Source: Nitrospinota bacterium (GTDB lineage Bacteria; Nitrospinota; Nitrospinia; Nitrospinales; VA-1). Taken from it: 64,000 nucleotides of DNA. Each line of letters opens with the position of its first letter. Within the stretch, counting starts at the first letter, position 1. The DNA is taken from assembly GCA_013349585.1 (NCBI GenBank), contig DUZG01000004.1, positions 96 to 64,095 of the forward strand. The letters run 5' to 3'. The translations under genes were made by a program, and so were the position numbers. This document shows positions 51,878 through 61,331 of this stretch, piece by piece. The notes beneath the pieces were generated by a model. That model was not told the origin of the DNA and did no database searches. It worked only from the letters and a program-made list of their open reading frames with translations.

Positions 51878-54055
51878 ATGAATCTGGAATCATTAAATCC
51901 ACAACAATATCAAGCCGTGTGCCATAGCGAAGGACCCTCAATGGTGGTCGCTGGAGCAGGGTCGGGCAAAACACGCGTTATCACTTATCGCATAGCGCAT
52001 CTGATCCGTGAACGGGGAGTTGACCCAGAAAGCGTTTTAGCTATCACCTTTACTAATAAGGCGGCGGGTGAAATGAAGGAACGAATCCGAGGTATGCTGG
52101 AGCATGGTGGCCCTTCTCGATGGGTCAGTACTTTCCATTCATTCTGTTTAAGAATGCTGAGAAAACATATTTCAGAATTGGATTTTTCTAATGACTTCGC
52201 AGTTTATGATGCTCAGGATCAGTTGACCTTGGTGAAGCAGTGTATGAAGGCCGCTCAAATCAGTACCGATGCATTCCCTGCTAAGTCTCTCTTGAACCAT
52301 ATTAGTGGGTTTAAGAACGACTTCCTTCTCCCTGAACAGTTAGATTTAGATAGCATGTCTTATGGAAACCAGATGAAAGCGGCTGAGCTTTATCCTCTTT
52401 ACCAGGCAGCTTTGAAATCAAACAATGCATTGGACTTCGACGATTTACTGACTTCCACCGCCAAATTGTTTCAGAAGGTTCCCTCTCTGCGTGAGCATTA
52501 CGACAAAAAGTTTCAATATATTTTGGTCGATGAGTTTCAGGATACGAATGCAGTTCAGTATGAGTTGGTGCGTTTACTTTCAATGGACGTAAATAATGTC
52601 TGTGTAGTGGGAGACGACGATCAAAGTATTTACAGGTGGCGGGGCGCAAACATAGAAAATATTCTTAATTTTGAAAAAGATTATCCCGGCACCACGGTTA
52701 TCAAGCTGGAAGAAAACTACAGGTCCACTCAGAATATTTTAACAGCCGCAGGAAATGTGGTTCGTGAGAACCCGAATCGCAATGAGAAAACTTTGTGGAC
52801 ACAGAACGAAAAAGGTGAGCCAATTATCTGCTATCGCGCAGAAGATGAAATCAGTGAGGCAGAGTTTGTTTGTGATCGCATTCAAAATCTATGTCAGGAA
52901 GAAGGCTATTCATTTAACGAAATTGCGATTCTATATCGCACCAATGCACAGTCCCGGGTCATGGAGGATGTTCTAAGAAAGGCTGAAATACCTTATCAGG
53001 TAATTGGCGGTCTGCGCTTTTATGAGAGAAGAGAGGTGAAAGATGTGCTTGCTTATATGCGGGTACTTATTAATCCCGATGACTCGGTATCGCTAAAGCG
53101 TATTGTCAATGTTCCCGCTAGAGGAATCGGTAAAACGTCTTTGGAAAAAGTAGAAGCTTATTGTAGGGGGAGGGATCTCACTTTATTAGAAGGACTTCGC
53201 CATGTAGGGCAGGAAAGATTACTAGGGGCCGCAGCTACAGGAAAAATTGCAAATTTTGTCAGTATCCTGGATCATTTGGATTCGGTTTTCAGGCAGTCAA
53301 ACCCTTTGGAATTATTGGCAGAGGTAATTGACCGATCTGGGTATGCAATCATGTTAAGAAATGAAGATACACGGGAAAGCAAAGGCAGGTCGGAAAACCT
53401 GAACGAACTGTATTCTGCCGTCGAACAATTAGTAGAGAATGAAAACGGTTCGTTGCGAGAATTTTTAGATTCTACCGCACTCGTGGCAGACCTGGATAAT
53501 CTGAATGACGAACGCGGAGTCCTGCCTCTTATGACTTTGCATACTTGTAAAGGATTGGAATTTTCAGCTGTCTTTTTGGTGGGGATGGAGAATGGACTCT
53601 TACCGCACGCGAGTTCTATGTCAGATTCAGCTGAATATGAGGAGGAGAGAAGGTTGTGTTATGTCGGATTCACTCGCGCGAAAAAAAGGTTGTTCCTTTC
53701 CCACGCTAGGCGTCGAAGAATATATGGCAACACCTTCAATTACCTTCCCTCGGATTTTTTAAATTCTATTCCGAGTGAAGTTATGGAACGCGCTTCAAGT
53801 ACTCCAGATTATCAAAGGAATAGTCCTAAGCAATTTTCAGATAGTGCCAAATCATCTCGTACAAATACATCTTTCTCAAGCGAAATAGAATTGGAATATT
53901 CAATTGGGACTAAGGTTTTGCATCCAAAGTTTGGGTCGGGAATTGTGATAAATCGATCAGGGGAGGAAGAAAACCTGAAGTTGGAGGTGTTTTTCAAAGA
54001 TGGGCCTGGGAAAAAGAAACTTGCGGCGAAACTCGCGAATCTTATTATCCTATGA
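51878..54055 (+). CDS. ATP-dependent DNA helicase, UvrD/PcrA family
   Basis: AGAGSGKT, DEFQDTN, VGDDDQSIYRWRGA, TLHTCKGLEF and VGFTRAKKRL helicase motifs. Confidence 0.95.
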   Translation: MNLESLNPQQYQAVCHSEGPSMVVAGAGSGKTRVITYRIAHLIRERGVDPESVLAITFTNKAAGEMKERIRGMLEHGGPSRWVSTFHSFCLRMLRKHISELDFSNDFAVYDAQDQLTLVKQCMKAAQISTDAFPAKSLLNHISGFKNDFLLPEQLDLDSMSYGNQMKAAELYPLYQAALKSNNALDFDDLLTSTAKLFQKVPSLREHYDKKFQYILVDEFQDTNAVQYELVRLLSMDVNNVCVVGDDDQSIYRWRGANIENILNFEKDYPGTTVIKLEENYRSTQNILTAAGNVVRENPNRNEKTLWTQNEKGEPIICYRAEDEISEAEFVCDRIQNLCQEEGYSFNEIAILYRTNAQSRVMEDVLRKAEIPYQVIGGLRFYERREVKDVLAYMRVLINPDDSVSLKRIVNVPARGIGKTSLEKVEAYCRGRDLTLLEGLRHVGQERLLGAAATGKIANFVSILDHLDSVFRQSNPLELLAEVIDRSGYAIMLRNEDTRESKGRSENLNELYSAVEQLVENENGSLREFLDSTALVADLDNLNDERGVLPLMTLHTCKGLEFSAVFLVGMENGLLPHASSMSDSAEYEEERRLCYVGFTRAKKRLFLSHARRRRIYGNTFNYLPSDFLNSIPSEVMERASSTPDYQRNSPKQFSDSAKSSRTNTSFSSEIELEYSIGTKVLHPKFGSGIVINRSGEEENLKLEVFFKDGPGKKKLAAKLANLIIL

Positions 54056-54098
54056 TGTCATCTTATAAGAAAGGTTATTTTAAACAGGGGGGGGTAAA

Positions 54099-54404
54099 AT
54101 GGTCAAAATATCTCGATTAAGTTTCTCTGGAATAATTTTTCTTTTGTTTTTTTCTTTTGCAGTCGTTACAGCGGGAGATGCAGTTCATTTTTCAGGGATT
54201 GTAAAAAAAGTATTGCCGAATAAAAATAAGGTAGGGATTAAAGACCCGGATACTAAAAAAAGGTTCACCGTTATCGTGAATGAAAAAACCAAGCCGGATG
54301 GGTTGAAGACTCTGGGAGACCTAAAAAAGAAAGATAAGGTTGAAGGGGAATATACCGTCACAGGCGCAGGTTTATACATTGCCTTGGAGTTGATGAAAAA
54401 ATAG
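54099..54404 (+). CDS. small secreted hypothetical protein
   Basis: 101 aa with signal peptide IIFLLFFSFAVVTAGDA. No family recognised. Confidence 0.55.
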   Translation: MVKISRLSFSGIIFLLFFSFAVVTAGDAVHFSGIVKKVLPNKNKVGIKDPDTKKRFTVIVNEKTKPDGLKTLGDLKKKDKVEGEYTVTGAGLYIALELMKK

Positions 54405-54405
54405 T

Positions 54406-55698
54406 CTAGCTATTGGCGGGGGGTTCTTGTGGAAATAATATGTTATTTATTTTCGCTTTGCCGCCGGGGGGTAGCCTGAGGCTTAGGCAGATTCGATCTT
54501 CTGTATAATCTTCCTTGACTATCAAAGCGAATTTTCTGATTTGAGAGATTAGGCCAGCCTGGGAATGTTCCAGCTCCAATTGATAGGGTGACATTTTTTT
54601 CTCGTACTTAGTCACTATTTTATGCCTCAGCGTATCGATTCCTTCATCCTTTTTGCAGGAAATGCTTATTGCAGAAGGAAATTTTTCGTGAGCCCTATCT
54701 AATTCTTCGATATCCTCTATCGAATCAATTTTATTGAATACAAGAATAACATCTATCTCATCCATTTCCATTTGAATCAAAAGGTCATCGGTAGTTTGCA
54801 TTTGATTCTTGTATTCAGAGTGGCTGATGTCGACGACATGGATTAGCAAATCTGCATCCCGGACTTCGTCCAAGGTACTTTTAAATGATGCGACCAAGTC
54901 ATGTGGTAATTTATTTATCAGGCCTACAGTGTCTGAGAGTAAAACGGGATAGGGGAAGTTCTTTTTTATTTTTCTGACGGTGGAATCAAGGGTCGCGAAT
55001 AACTTGTTTTCGACCAGTGTGTCTGCACCCGTGAGTTTGTTCATTAAACTGGACTTTCCTACATTGGTATAACCTACCAGCGCAACTTTAAAAGTTCCTT
55101 GACGACTTTTTCTTTGAGTCTTTTTCTCTCGGTCGATTTGCTTGAGCTTTTTTTCGAGCTTGTGGATTTCATTTCGGATCATTCTTTGATCAAGTTGGAT
55201 CTGAGTTTCGCCAACATCCTTCATGCCGATGCCACCTCTTTGCCTGGAAAGGTGTCCCCACATTTTAGCAAGTCTTGGAAGTGCGTATTTCAATCGAGCT
55301 AGTTCGACCTGCGTTTTAGCTTCTCGGGTGCGGGCATGGTGACTAAAAATTTCAAGAATCAGCCAGGGACGATCAATCACACGACATTTTATAACTTTTT
55401 CCAGTTCGCGATTTTGCCGGGGTGATAATTCTTCGTCAAAGATAACGACTTCGGGTGAATGATGGAGAACAGCCTGCTTTAGCTCTTCCACTTTTCCGCT
55501 CCCCAAAAATGTTTTGGGGTTTATTCCAGTCAATCGTTGGGTCAATTCCGCAACAGGTTCATATTCCGCAGTGGTAGCAAGGCCTGTTAGCTCGTCCAAC
55601 GAAATTCCAGAGGAAGAGAAGTCTTCAGGTAGCCTAACACCTACAAGTATGGCCTTGTTTGATGTAGATTCAGAATGTGTAGCCGATTCTTTTTTCAC
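54406..55698 (-). CDS. hflX: GTPase HflX
   Basis: 430 aa with HflX N-domain and G-domain motifs GYTNVGKSSL, DTVG and NKID. Confidence 0.95.
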   Translation of the reverse strand: MKKESATHSESTSNKAILVGVRLPEDFSSSGISLDELTGLATTAEYEPVAELTQRLTGINPKTFLGSGKVEELKQAVLHHSPEVVIFDEELSPRQNRELEKVIKCRVIDRPWLILEIFSHHARTREAKTQVELARLKYALPRLAKMWGHLSRQRGGIGMKDVGETQIQLDQRMIRNEIHKLEKKLKQIDREKKTQRKSRQGTFKVALVGYTNVGKSSLMNKLTGADTLVENKLFATLDSTVRKIKKNFPYPVLLSDTVGLINKLPHDLVASFKSTLDEVRDADLLIHVVDISHSEYKNQMQTTDDLLIQMEMDEIDVILVFNKIDSIEDIEELDRAHEKFPSAISISCKKDEGIDTLRHKIVTKYEKKMSPYQLELEHSQAGLISQIRKFALIVKEDYTEDRICLSLRLPPGGKAKINNILFPQEPPANS

Positions 55699-55782
55699 GA
55701 AGCGGAGGAGAATCTAAAATAATGAGACGCGTAAAGTTTCATAATGTTTTCAGGGGAGTAATGTTGGAAACCCATTTGCTGT

Positions 55783-56287
55783 TCAGTTTTTTAATATGCT
55801 GGTTTTTAACTTGATAAATTTTTCATTCATTTCATCAAGTCTTTCCACCAAAGTTTGTATTAATTGGCTCTGGATTTTTTTCTGGATTTCAAGAGTGAGT
55901 TTTTTAATAATCTCTTTGGTTATTTTCATAACCACAACTTGATTCGATGAGGCCTATGGCACTTGTGTTTCTTGGACGATGGCTTATCAGCGAAATTTCA
56001 CCAAATATCGATCCCGCTTTCAGTTCTGCGATGCTGATATTTTCTGGTTTTTGCAGTGATATATGATTTTCTTTAACATCGACCTTGCTTTTTATCTAAA
56101 TTTCTATTTTTCCTGTAAGAATAACAAAAACAGCAGCACTGAGTTTGCCTTCCGTGATTATAACTTCGCCTTCCTTGAATTTTTCAAAAATCCCAGAAGT
56201 ATTTACCAGCTTTACTTTTTCTGAGGCTGAAAATTTCTTAAAAAATGGCAAACTTTCAATAAACTCTTCAATAGGATCTTTATCCAA
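55783..56287 (-). pseudogene. cyclic-nucleotide-binding-domain protein, disrupted
   Basis: The N-terminal 63 aa (LPFFKKFSASEKVKL...GEVIITEGKLSAAVFVILTGKIEI) end at TAG 56096-56098. The same frame continues ...SIAELKAGSIFGEISLISHRPRNTSAIGLIESS. A frameshift near 55936-55941 is then needed to read VVVMKITKEIIKKLTLEIQKKIQSQLIQTLVERLDEMN. Confidence 0.75.
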
Positions 56288-56412
56288 GAACCACCTCTGA
56301 AAATTTGATAACTAATTGTACAATTATATATCTTACCTATTATGTAACATTATTCAGGAAGCCTTGTCCTCATATTTTATTGTTAAGGACTCAATAAAAC
56401 TCTGGGCTTCTT

Positions 56413-56928
56413 TCATTTTGGGTCTTTTTTATTTTTCTTAAACAACAAATACGCTAACCGGGCATACATAATTGCGTTGTCGCCATCATTTACTTCGTTA
56501 TATATTTTCCCAATTTGCATATAAGTTTCGGCTTTATTAATGTTGAAAGTCAGTGCTATTTTGAATGCCCATGCTGCCTGTTCATAACTACCCAGAGGAA
56601 GGCCTTTTTTGTTGGCAAACTGAAGCAGTGCCAGTTTTTCCATGTCATCGAGCGAATCAATAAATGGTTGTGCCCCCAAGTAGGCTTAGCCCAGCTCAAT
56701 AAGCTCCTTGGAAGCATTGCCACTTTTAGCTTCAATTTTATTTTTTAAAATTTTAATCCGGTTGCCAAACTCAAAAAATCTTTCTTTTTGTTCTTCAAGT
56801 GTTAGAGCAACTTCCAGACCTTTTTGATTTTCGACCCCATTACCGTCATGGGGAGAAGGTTGCTGGTCATTGGGAAATTCTTGAATCCCCCTGGCATCCA
56901 ATACCTCCAGTTTGGTTATTTCTACCAT
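56413..56928 (-). pseudogene. TPR-like protein interrupted by one in-frame TAA
   Basis: Track ORFs 56686-56928 and 56413-56679 are in the same frame, separated only by TAA (56686-56688) and two sense codons: ...KELIELG*AYLGAQPFIDSL... Confidence 0.55.
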
Positions 56929-56955
56929 TGTCTGTTTTGTGAATCCGGTACGAGT

Positions 56956-57318
56956 TTATGCAGATCCTTTGATATTGGCTCTTCGGAGGCTGGCTTGTCT
57001 GGTATCTGTTTGGTTGGTTTGGCCAAACTGCATTGCTTTTTTTAGATTGGTACTATTTTGTCGTTTGCTATTTCGCGATTCGGCATTTCGATTGCCCCTG
57101 TCTTTTTTTACAGATGCAAAAATATCCCTATTTGCACTTGCTGCATCCTTCTTTTGCAGTGCTTACCTTCTATTGAGTGAACTTTTAGCATCTTTCATCC
57201 CGGCTAAAATGTCAGCAGCTGTTTTTATTGATGCCTTTTTGTAAGCGCGTTTGCTTTTTTGTAAGCCTCTCCCAGTTTTATCCATAGCTTTACCGGGTTT
57301 GTCTTTCGAATCATCCAT
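56956..57318 (-). pseudogene. basic low-complexity ORF with in-frame TAA (coding status uncertain)
   Basis: Minus-strand ATG at 57318: MDDSKDKPGKAMDKTGRGLQKSKRAYKKASIKTAADILAGMKDAKSSLNRR, then TAA (57163-57165), then 68 more in-frame codons to the TAA at 56956. It lies between two co-directional genes. Confidence 0.3.
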
Positions 57319-57333
57319 GGTCACTACTTTATC

Positions 57334-57933
57334 TTATTGGAATTGATTATATGCTTCTCGAGTTGATTCTACGGCATCGCCGGGGTCTGTCTGGGCTGCC
57401 GCCAAGTCTGCTTTGGCTTCAATCAATGAATCTTGAAGGCTGACGGTTTTTTCTTTCCAAATGTGTTGTTGGTCTTCCGGAACGACAGCAATTTCTTTTG
57501 TTATACTTTTATCTTCTTTACGCATATTCTCAAGCTCCTTGCGCATTTCGTCTCGCCCCTCCGAGAAATCCTCTTTTGCTTTTTCCAAATTTCCGAGTAT
57601 TCCCTTGTTGATTTGAGCGGTTTCCTCTTGCAGATTCACCAACTTCTCCTTGAGCTTGACCTTGACGGCTTCCTCTTTCATCGCCATGGAGATGTCTTTC
57701 ATGATTTTCTGCGTTTCAATCCGAATTATCTCCATTTCTTCGCGAAGGATCTCTTGTTGCAATTGCATTTGTTCTCGAAGGAGTTGCTGGTCTCGCTGGG
57801 TTTCTTCTCTATTTACGACATCAAACTGGAAGGACTTCTGGGCAACAGAAATGGTAATAAGAGGTTGGGAAATGAGGAGCCCCGCTAAGAGACCTGAAAC
57901 AAGGAGACTTCTGGTTTTTTGAGACAGTGGCAT
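57334..57933 (-). CDS. secreted coiled-coil protein, hypothetical
   Basis: Signal peptide MPLSQKTRSLLVSGLLAGLLISQPLITISVAQ, then Glu/Lys/Gln-rich heptad-like sequence. ATG 57933 is preferred over TTG 57951. Confidence 0.65.
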   Translation of the reverse strand: MPLSQKTRSLLVSGLLAGLLISQPLITISVAQKSFQFDVVNREETQRDQQLLREQMQLQQEILREEMEIIRIETQKIMKDISMAMKEEAVKVKLKEKLVNLQEETAQINKGILGNLEKAKEDFSEGRDEMRKELENMRKEDKSITKEIAVVPEDQQHIWKEKTVSLQDSLIEAKADLAAAQTDPGDAVESTREAYNQFQ

Positions 57934-58150
57934 GGAAGCGTTTGAACTCAAAGTGGGAGCCTGTTCATAAAAGTGAAAATAGGTGTATTCTATGATTATA
58001 GGAACTTATCGGACGATTTAAGTGGAATTTGATATCAAACTTGTATGCGGCTAGAAAAAAAGTCTAAATTTGGAATAAAACAGAAGTTATTGCTCACGGC
58101 AGGGTATTATATTGTCCCAAAGTCTCCAAAAACCTTAAAAGAATTTAATA

Positions 58151-58507
58151 ATGAAAATAAATTTAGTGGATGCTGTCAGCGAAAGCTGCTTTTCTATTGA
58201 TGACGGACAAACCCTATTCGATTTAGTATTCCCTGAGCTTAAAGAGGGAAGGTCGGTTGAGATCGGTTTTAGCGGGGTAAAGTCGATACTAACCCCTTTT
58301 TTACACAGCTCTATAGGGAACCTGATGGAAAGTTTTTCCAAGGAAACGGTAATGGAAAAACTGGTTTTTTGCAATATTTCACAGGAACAATTAAAGCAGG
58401 TCAATAATTACATCAATCGCATCGATCAAGAGCAACTCCAAAGCTCCTCCAGGGATTCGCTTAGAGAATTATTTGAGGAAGATGAGCTGGGCGATATCGG
58501 ATTATAA
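58151..58507 (+). CDS. STAS-like DUF4325 domain protein
   Basis: 118 aa. The pattern ...GRSVEIGFSGVKSILTPFLHSSIGNL... resembles DUF4325 (a fold related to anti-sigma-factor antagonists). Confidence 0.55.
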   Translation: MKINLVDAVSESCFSIDDGQTLFDLVFPELKEGRSVEIGFSGVKSILTPFLHSSIGNLMESFSKETVMEKLVFCNISQEQLKQVNNYINRIDQEQLQSSSRDSLRELFEEDELGDIGL

Positions 58508-58868
58508 GAAAATGTTTTTTTTTGAAAATAAGGAAATCAAAAAACGAAAAAAAGAACTGAGTTTGCAGCCGAATGATCCTGCCGCGCATTTTAATCTTGG
58601 AGCGGCCTACAACAAGGCAGGAAAACTTCATGATGCCATCAAGGAGTTTGAAAAAACTATAAAAGGTCATCCCAATTCAGCCGAAGCTCATTTTAATCTC
58701 GGCGTTCTATACGAGAGCGTGAATCAAGGGGAGAAGGCTATCGTTCATATTGTTAAAGCGGGAAACCTGTTTGGGGATAAAAATGACGCGGTCAATAAAA
58801 TGGAATCGCGAAGGTTGTTAAAAGAATTTTATAGAAAGTTTGGGTTTAAGCCTGAAGACATAGAGTGA
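58482..58868 (+). CDS. TPR-repeat protein
   Basis: Two clear TPR units (AAHFNLGAAYNKAGKLHDAIKEFEKTIK and AEAHFNLGVLYESVNQGEKAI). The start is ambiguous among TTG 58473, ATG 58482 and ATG 58512. Confidence 0.7.
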   Translation: MSWAISDYKKMFFFENKEIKKRKKELSLQPNDPAAHFNLGAAYNKAGKLHDAIKEFEKTIKGHPNSAEAHFNLGVLYESVNQGEKAIVHIVKAGNLFGDKNDAVNKMESRRLLKEFYRKFGFKPEDIE

Positions 58869-58892
58869 TTATCCACTAATTGTGATGAAGGC

Positions 58893-59360
58893 CTATTTGT
58901 AGCCTAACTGGCGGATGGCTTCATAGGCAACAATACCCACGGCATTGGCAATATTGATGGAGCGAATCCGATCATCGTATTGCGGAATTCGATAGATCGC
59001 CTCTTGATTGGACTCTAGTAAACTCTTTGGCAGGCCGCGAGTTTCACTTCCGAAAAAAATATAAGAATTTCCCTGGAAAGAATGTTCAAAAAATTCGCGT
59101 TTCCCGCTGGTGGATAAAAATATTTTTGGAGTATCGGGTTGGATTTTTTGTAAAAAAGTATTCAGATTAGGGTAAATTTCAACTTTGACGAATTTCCAAT
59201 AATCCAGACCCGCACGTTTCAATTTCGAGTCACTTATCTCGAAGCCCAATGGTTCAATCAGGTGCAGGGTGGCTCCTATTGCGAGACATAATCTTCCAAT
59301 TGTCCCTGTGTTCATGGGAATTTCTGGTTCGACCAAAACTATATTAAGATTGTGAGGCAT
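58893..59360 (-). CDS. trmL: tRNA (cytidine/uridine-2-prime-O)-methyltransferase TrmL (SpoU family)
   Basis: 155 aa; IVLVEPEIPMNTGTIGRLCLAIGATLHLIEPLGF and SINIANAVGIVAYEA motifs. Confidence 0.9.
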   Translation of the reverse strand: MPHNLNIVLVEPEIPMNTGTIGRLCLAIGATLHLIEPLGFEISDSKLKRAGLDYWKFVKVEIYPNLNTFLQKIQPDTPKIFLSTSGKREFFEHSFQGNSYIFFGSETRGLPKSLLESNQEAIYRIPQYDDRIRSINIANAVGIVAYEAIRQLGYK

Positions 59361-59388
59361 AAAATTCTTATTAAAAAGGAGAAAAAGA

Positions 59389-59571
59389 TTGGATCAGCAT
59401 GAACAGTTCTTCAATTGTCCTTATTGTGCGCAAAAAATATCCATGCTGATTGACTTATCGGTGCCAGCACAAAACTATGTTGAAGATTGCGAAATATGTT
59501 GTCGTCCTATTGAAATCAGTTATCAAGTTGGTGATGATGATGTGGTTATTTTTGAAGCCAATTCTTCCTGA
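59389..59571 (+). CDS. CPXCG-motif cysteine-rich protein
   Basis: 60 aa; FNCPYCAQKISMLIDLS...YVEDCEICCRPIEI. TTG start. Confidence 0.75.
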   Translation: MDQHEQFFNCPYCAQKISMLIDLSVPAQNYVEDCEICCRPIEISYQVGDDDVVIFEANSS

Positions 59572-59623
59572 AAATTTTCTACGCTAAGATATTTTCTTTG
59601 TCTTTTTATGTTTTTTTTCTCAA

Positions 59624-60242
59624 TCATTTTTTAACCTCATATTCTCCCTTGCCTTTCCAATTGATTTCCAAATAGGGAGGTAATTGTGTGGCTCGATCTA
59701 TCTCGGCAGATTCAACTTGTTTAGGGCTCAGGTTAAGGGTTTCTGATAGATCCACACCCGTGAGCCTGGCATCAATTAGGTTAGCGTTGTCAAAATTTAC
59801 TCCAGAAAGATTAGCCTTGGTGAAGTCCGATGCCACTAGAGTGGCTTCTGTGAAACTAGCTTCGCTGAGGACTGACCAACTAAAATCTACCCATCTCAAA
59901 TCTGAACCCGAAAGGTTGACTGCAGTCCACTCTGCATCGGGAGAATAAGCATCGTGAAGATCTGCTTTTGATAAGTTGGCCTCTGTCAAGTCAGCTTAAA
60001 TCAAATTGGCATTGCTTAAATTTGTTTCGCTTAGATTTGTGTGGCTAAGGTTTGCCTTTGCCATGCTTGCATTTTGAAGATTCAGTCCAGATCGGCTAAA
60101 GCGGCGCCAAAAAGTTTATCTTTGGAATCCAATACTTCTTTTTGTTTGGCCTTTGTCTTGGGCTCCAGACGTTGTACTTCTTTGATTTTCTCTGCACTTA
60201 ATTCAACGTCATCGTCATTTTTTTTCTTGAGTCTTCAGCCAT
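59624..60242 (-). pseudogene. pentapeptide-repeat protein, disrupted
   Basis: A(D/N)LXX repeats run continuously (ANLSHTNLSETNLSNANLI*ADLTEANLSKADL...) through an in-frame TAA at 59996-59998. The N-terminal part (MAEDSRKK/NDDDVELSAEKIKEV...LFGAALADL) requires one shift in the 8-nt homopolymer run (T8 on the + strand, A8 as transcribed) at 60218-60225 and another near 60086-60090. Confidence 0.75.
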
Positions 60243-60273
60243 AAAAAACCTTGGTGGAGTAATTCTTCTCATT

Positions 60274-61239
60274 TCATCCTATTGCCTTTTTAAGACTTTC
60301 CTCAAGCCTGGAAGCATCAAGATTTTGCCCGATAAAAACCAGTTTGTTTTCAGGAGTGTTGTTTTCCCAGAGCTTATCAAAGCGCCCTTCAAACATCATA
60401 TAAACCGATTGGAATATGTAACGCTTGGTAGAATTTTCAACATTTAGAATACCTTTGCCGCGGAAAACATTCATTCCTTCGGTTAAGAAAAGCATCTGCA
60501 GCCAAATTTTCAATCTGTTTGGATCAACAAATCCTGGAAAAGCCAAAGACACGGATGAAATTTCATTTTCAGGCTCATGGTGATGAGAGGAAAAGGAGTC
60601 TATATCCAAAACATTTTCTATGTCAAAGCCGCCAATGTTGAGTATCTGATCTAAATCGACTCCCGCATGAGTGGTTTGGAAAACCTTTGCAGTCGGGTTA
60701 ATCTGACGCACCTTTTTATCCAAGTCTATCAATTCATTATTGGAAACTAAATCGGTTTTGTTTAGTAAGATTACATTGGAAAATGCAATTTGTTCCCAAA
60801 CAACTTCCTGTTCATTAAGATTGTTGTGGATATGTTTCGAGTCTACCAAAGTAATAATTCCATCTAATACCAGCGATTGCGACAAATCATCTTCAACCAA
60901 AAAGGCCTGCGCGAGAGGGCCGGAGCTGGCCAAGCCAGTGCTTTCAATTATTATGTGATCGAAATCCTGCTGCTTTTCCAGCAGGCGATTTAATGTTTCA
61001 ATCAGGTCTCCGCGAATAGAGCAGCAAATGCATCCATTGCTCATTTCAAATATGTCCGCATCTGCACCAATAACAAATTCAGAATCAATACCTATTTCGC
61101 CAAATTCATTTTCAATTACGGCGATTCGTTTTCCATGATTTTGCTTCAGAATATAATTGAGGAGGGTGGTTTTGCCGGAACCCAGAAAGCCAGCTAGTAA
61201 TGTTACGGGCAATTCCTTTATTTTTTCTTCATCGTTCAT
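60274..61239 (-). CDS. CobW/COG0523-family G3E GTPase (putative metal chaperone)
   Basis: GFLGSGKTTLLN P-loop, CICCS metal motif, His-rich SSHHHEPENE linker and CobW C-terminal domain. Confidence 0.9.
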   Translation of the reverse strand: MNDEEKIKELPVTLLAGFLGSGKTTLLNYILKQNHGKRIAVIENEFGEIGIDSEFVIGADADIFEMSNGCICCSIRGDLIETLNRLLEKQQDFDHIIIESTGLASSGPLAQAFLVEDDLSQSLVLDGIITLVDSKHIHNNLNEQEVVWEQIAFSNVILLNKTDLVSNNELIDLDKKVRQINPTAKVFQTTHAGVDLDQILNIGGFDIENVLDIDSFSSHHHEPENEISSVSLAFPGFVDPNRLKIWLQMLFLTEGMNVFRGKGILNVENSTKRYIFQSVYMMFEGRFDKLWENNTPENKLVFIGQNLDASRLEESLKKAIG

Positions 61240-61331
61240 GAGATAATATCGTGCGGTTAAATTTTTATTATTATAGTACTGTAATGAAATTTGGTGCGAA
61301 ATTATTGCGTATTCATCGCGAAGACCCAGTT

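Noticed and set aside
55699-56300. Expected hfq upstream of hflX
   Set aside because: The upstream sequence is the cNMP-binding remnant, and no Sm-like ORF is present.
56912-57244. 110-aa + strand ORF
   Set aside because: It is Cys, Phe and Leu-rich with no start context and lies opposite the minus-strand gene string. It is probably a shadow frame, although the minus-strand alternative is itself only weakly supported.
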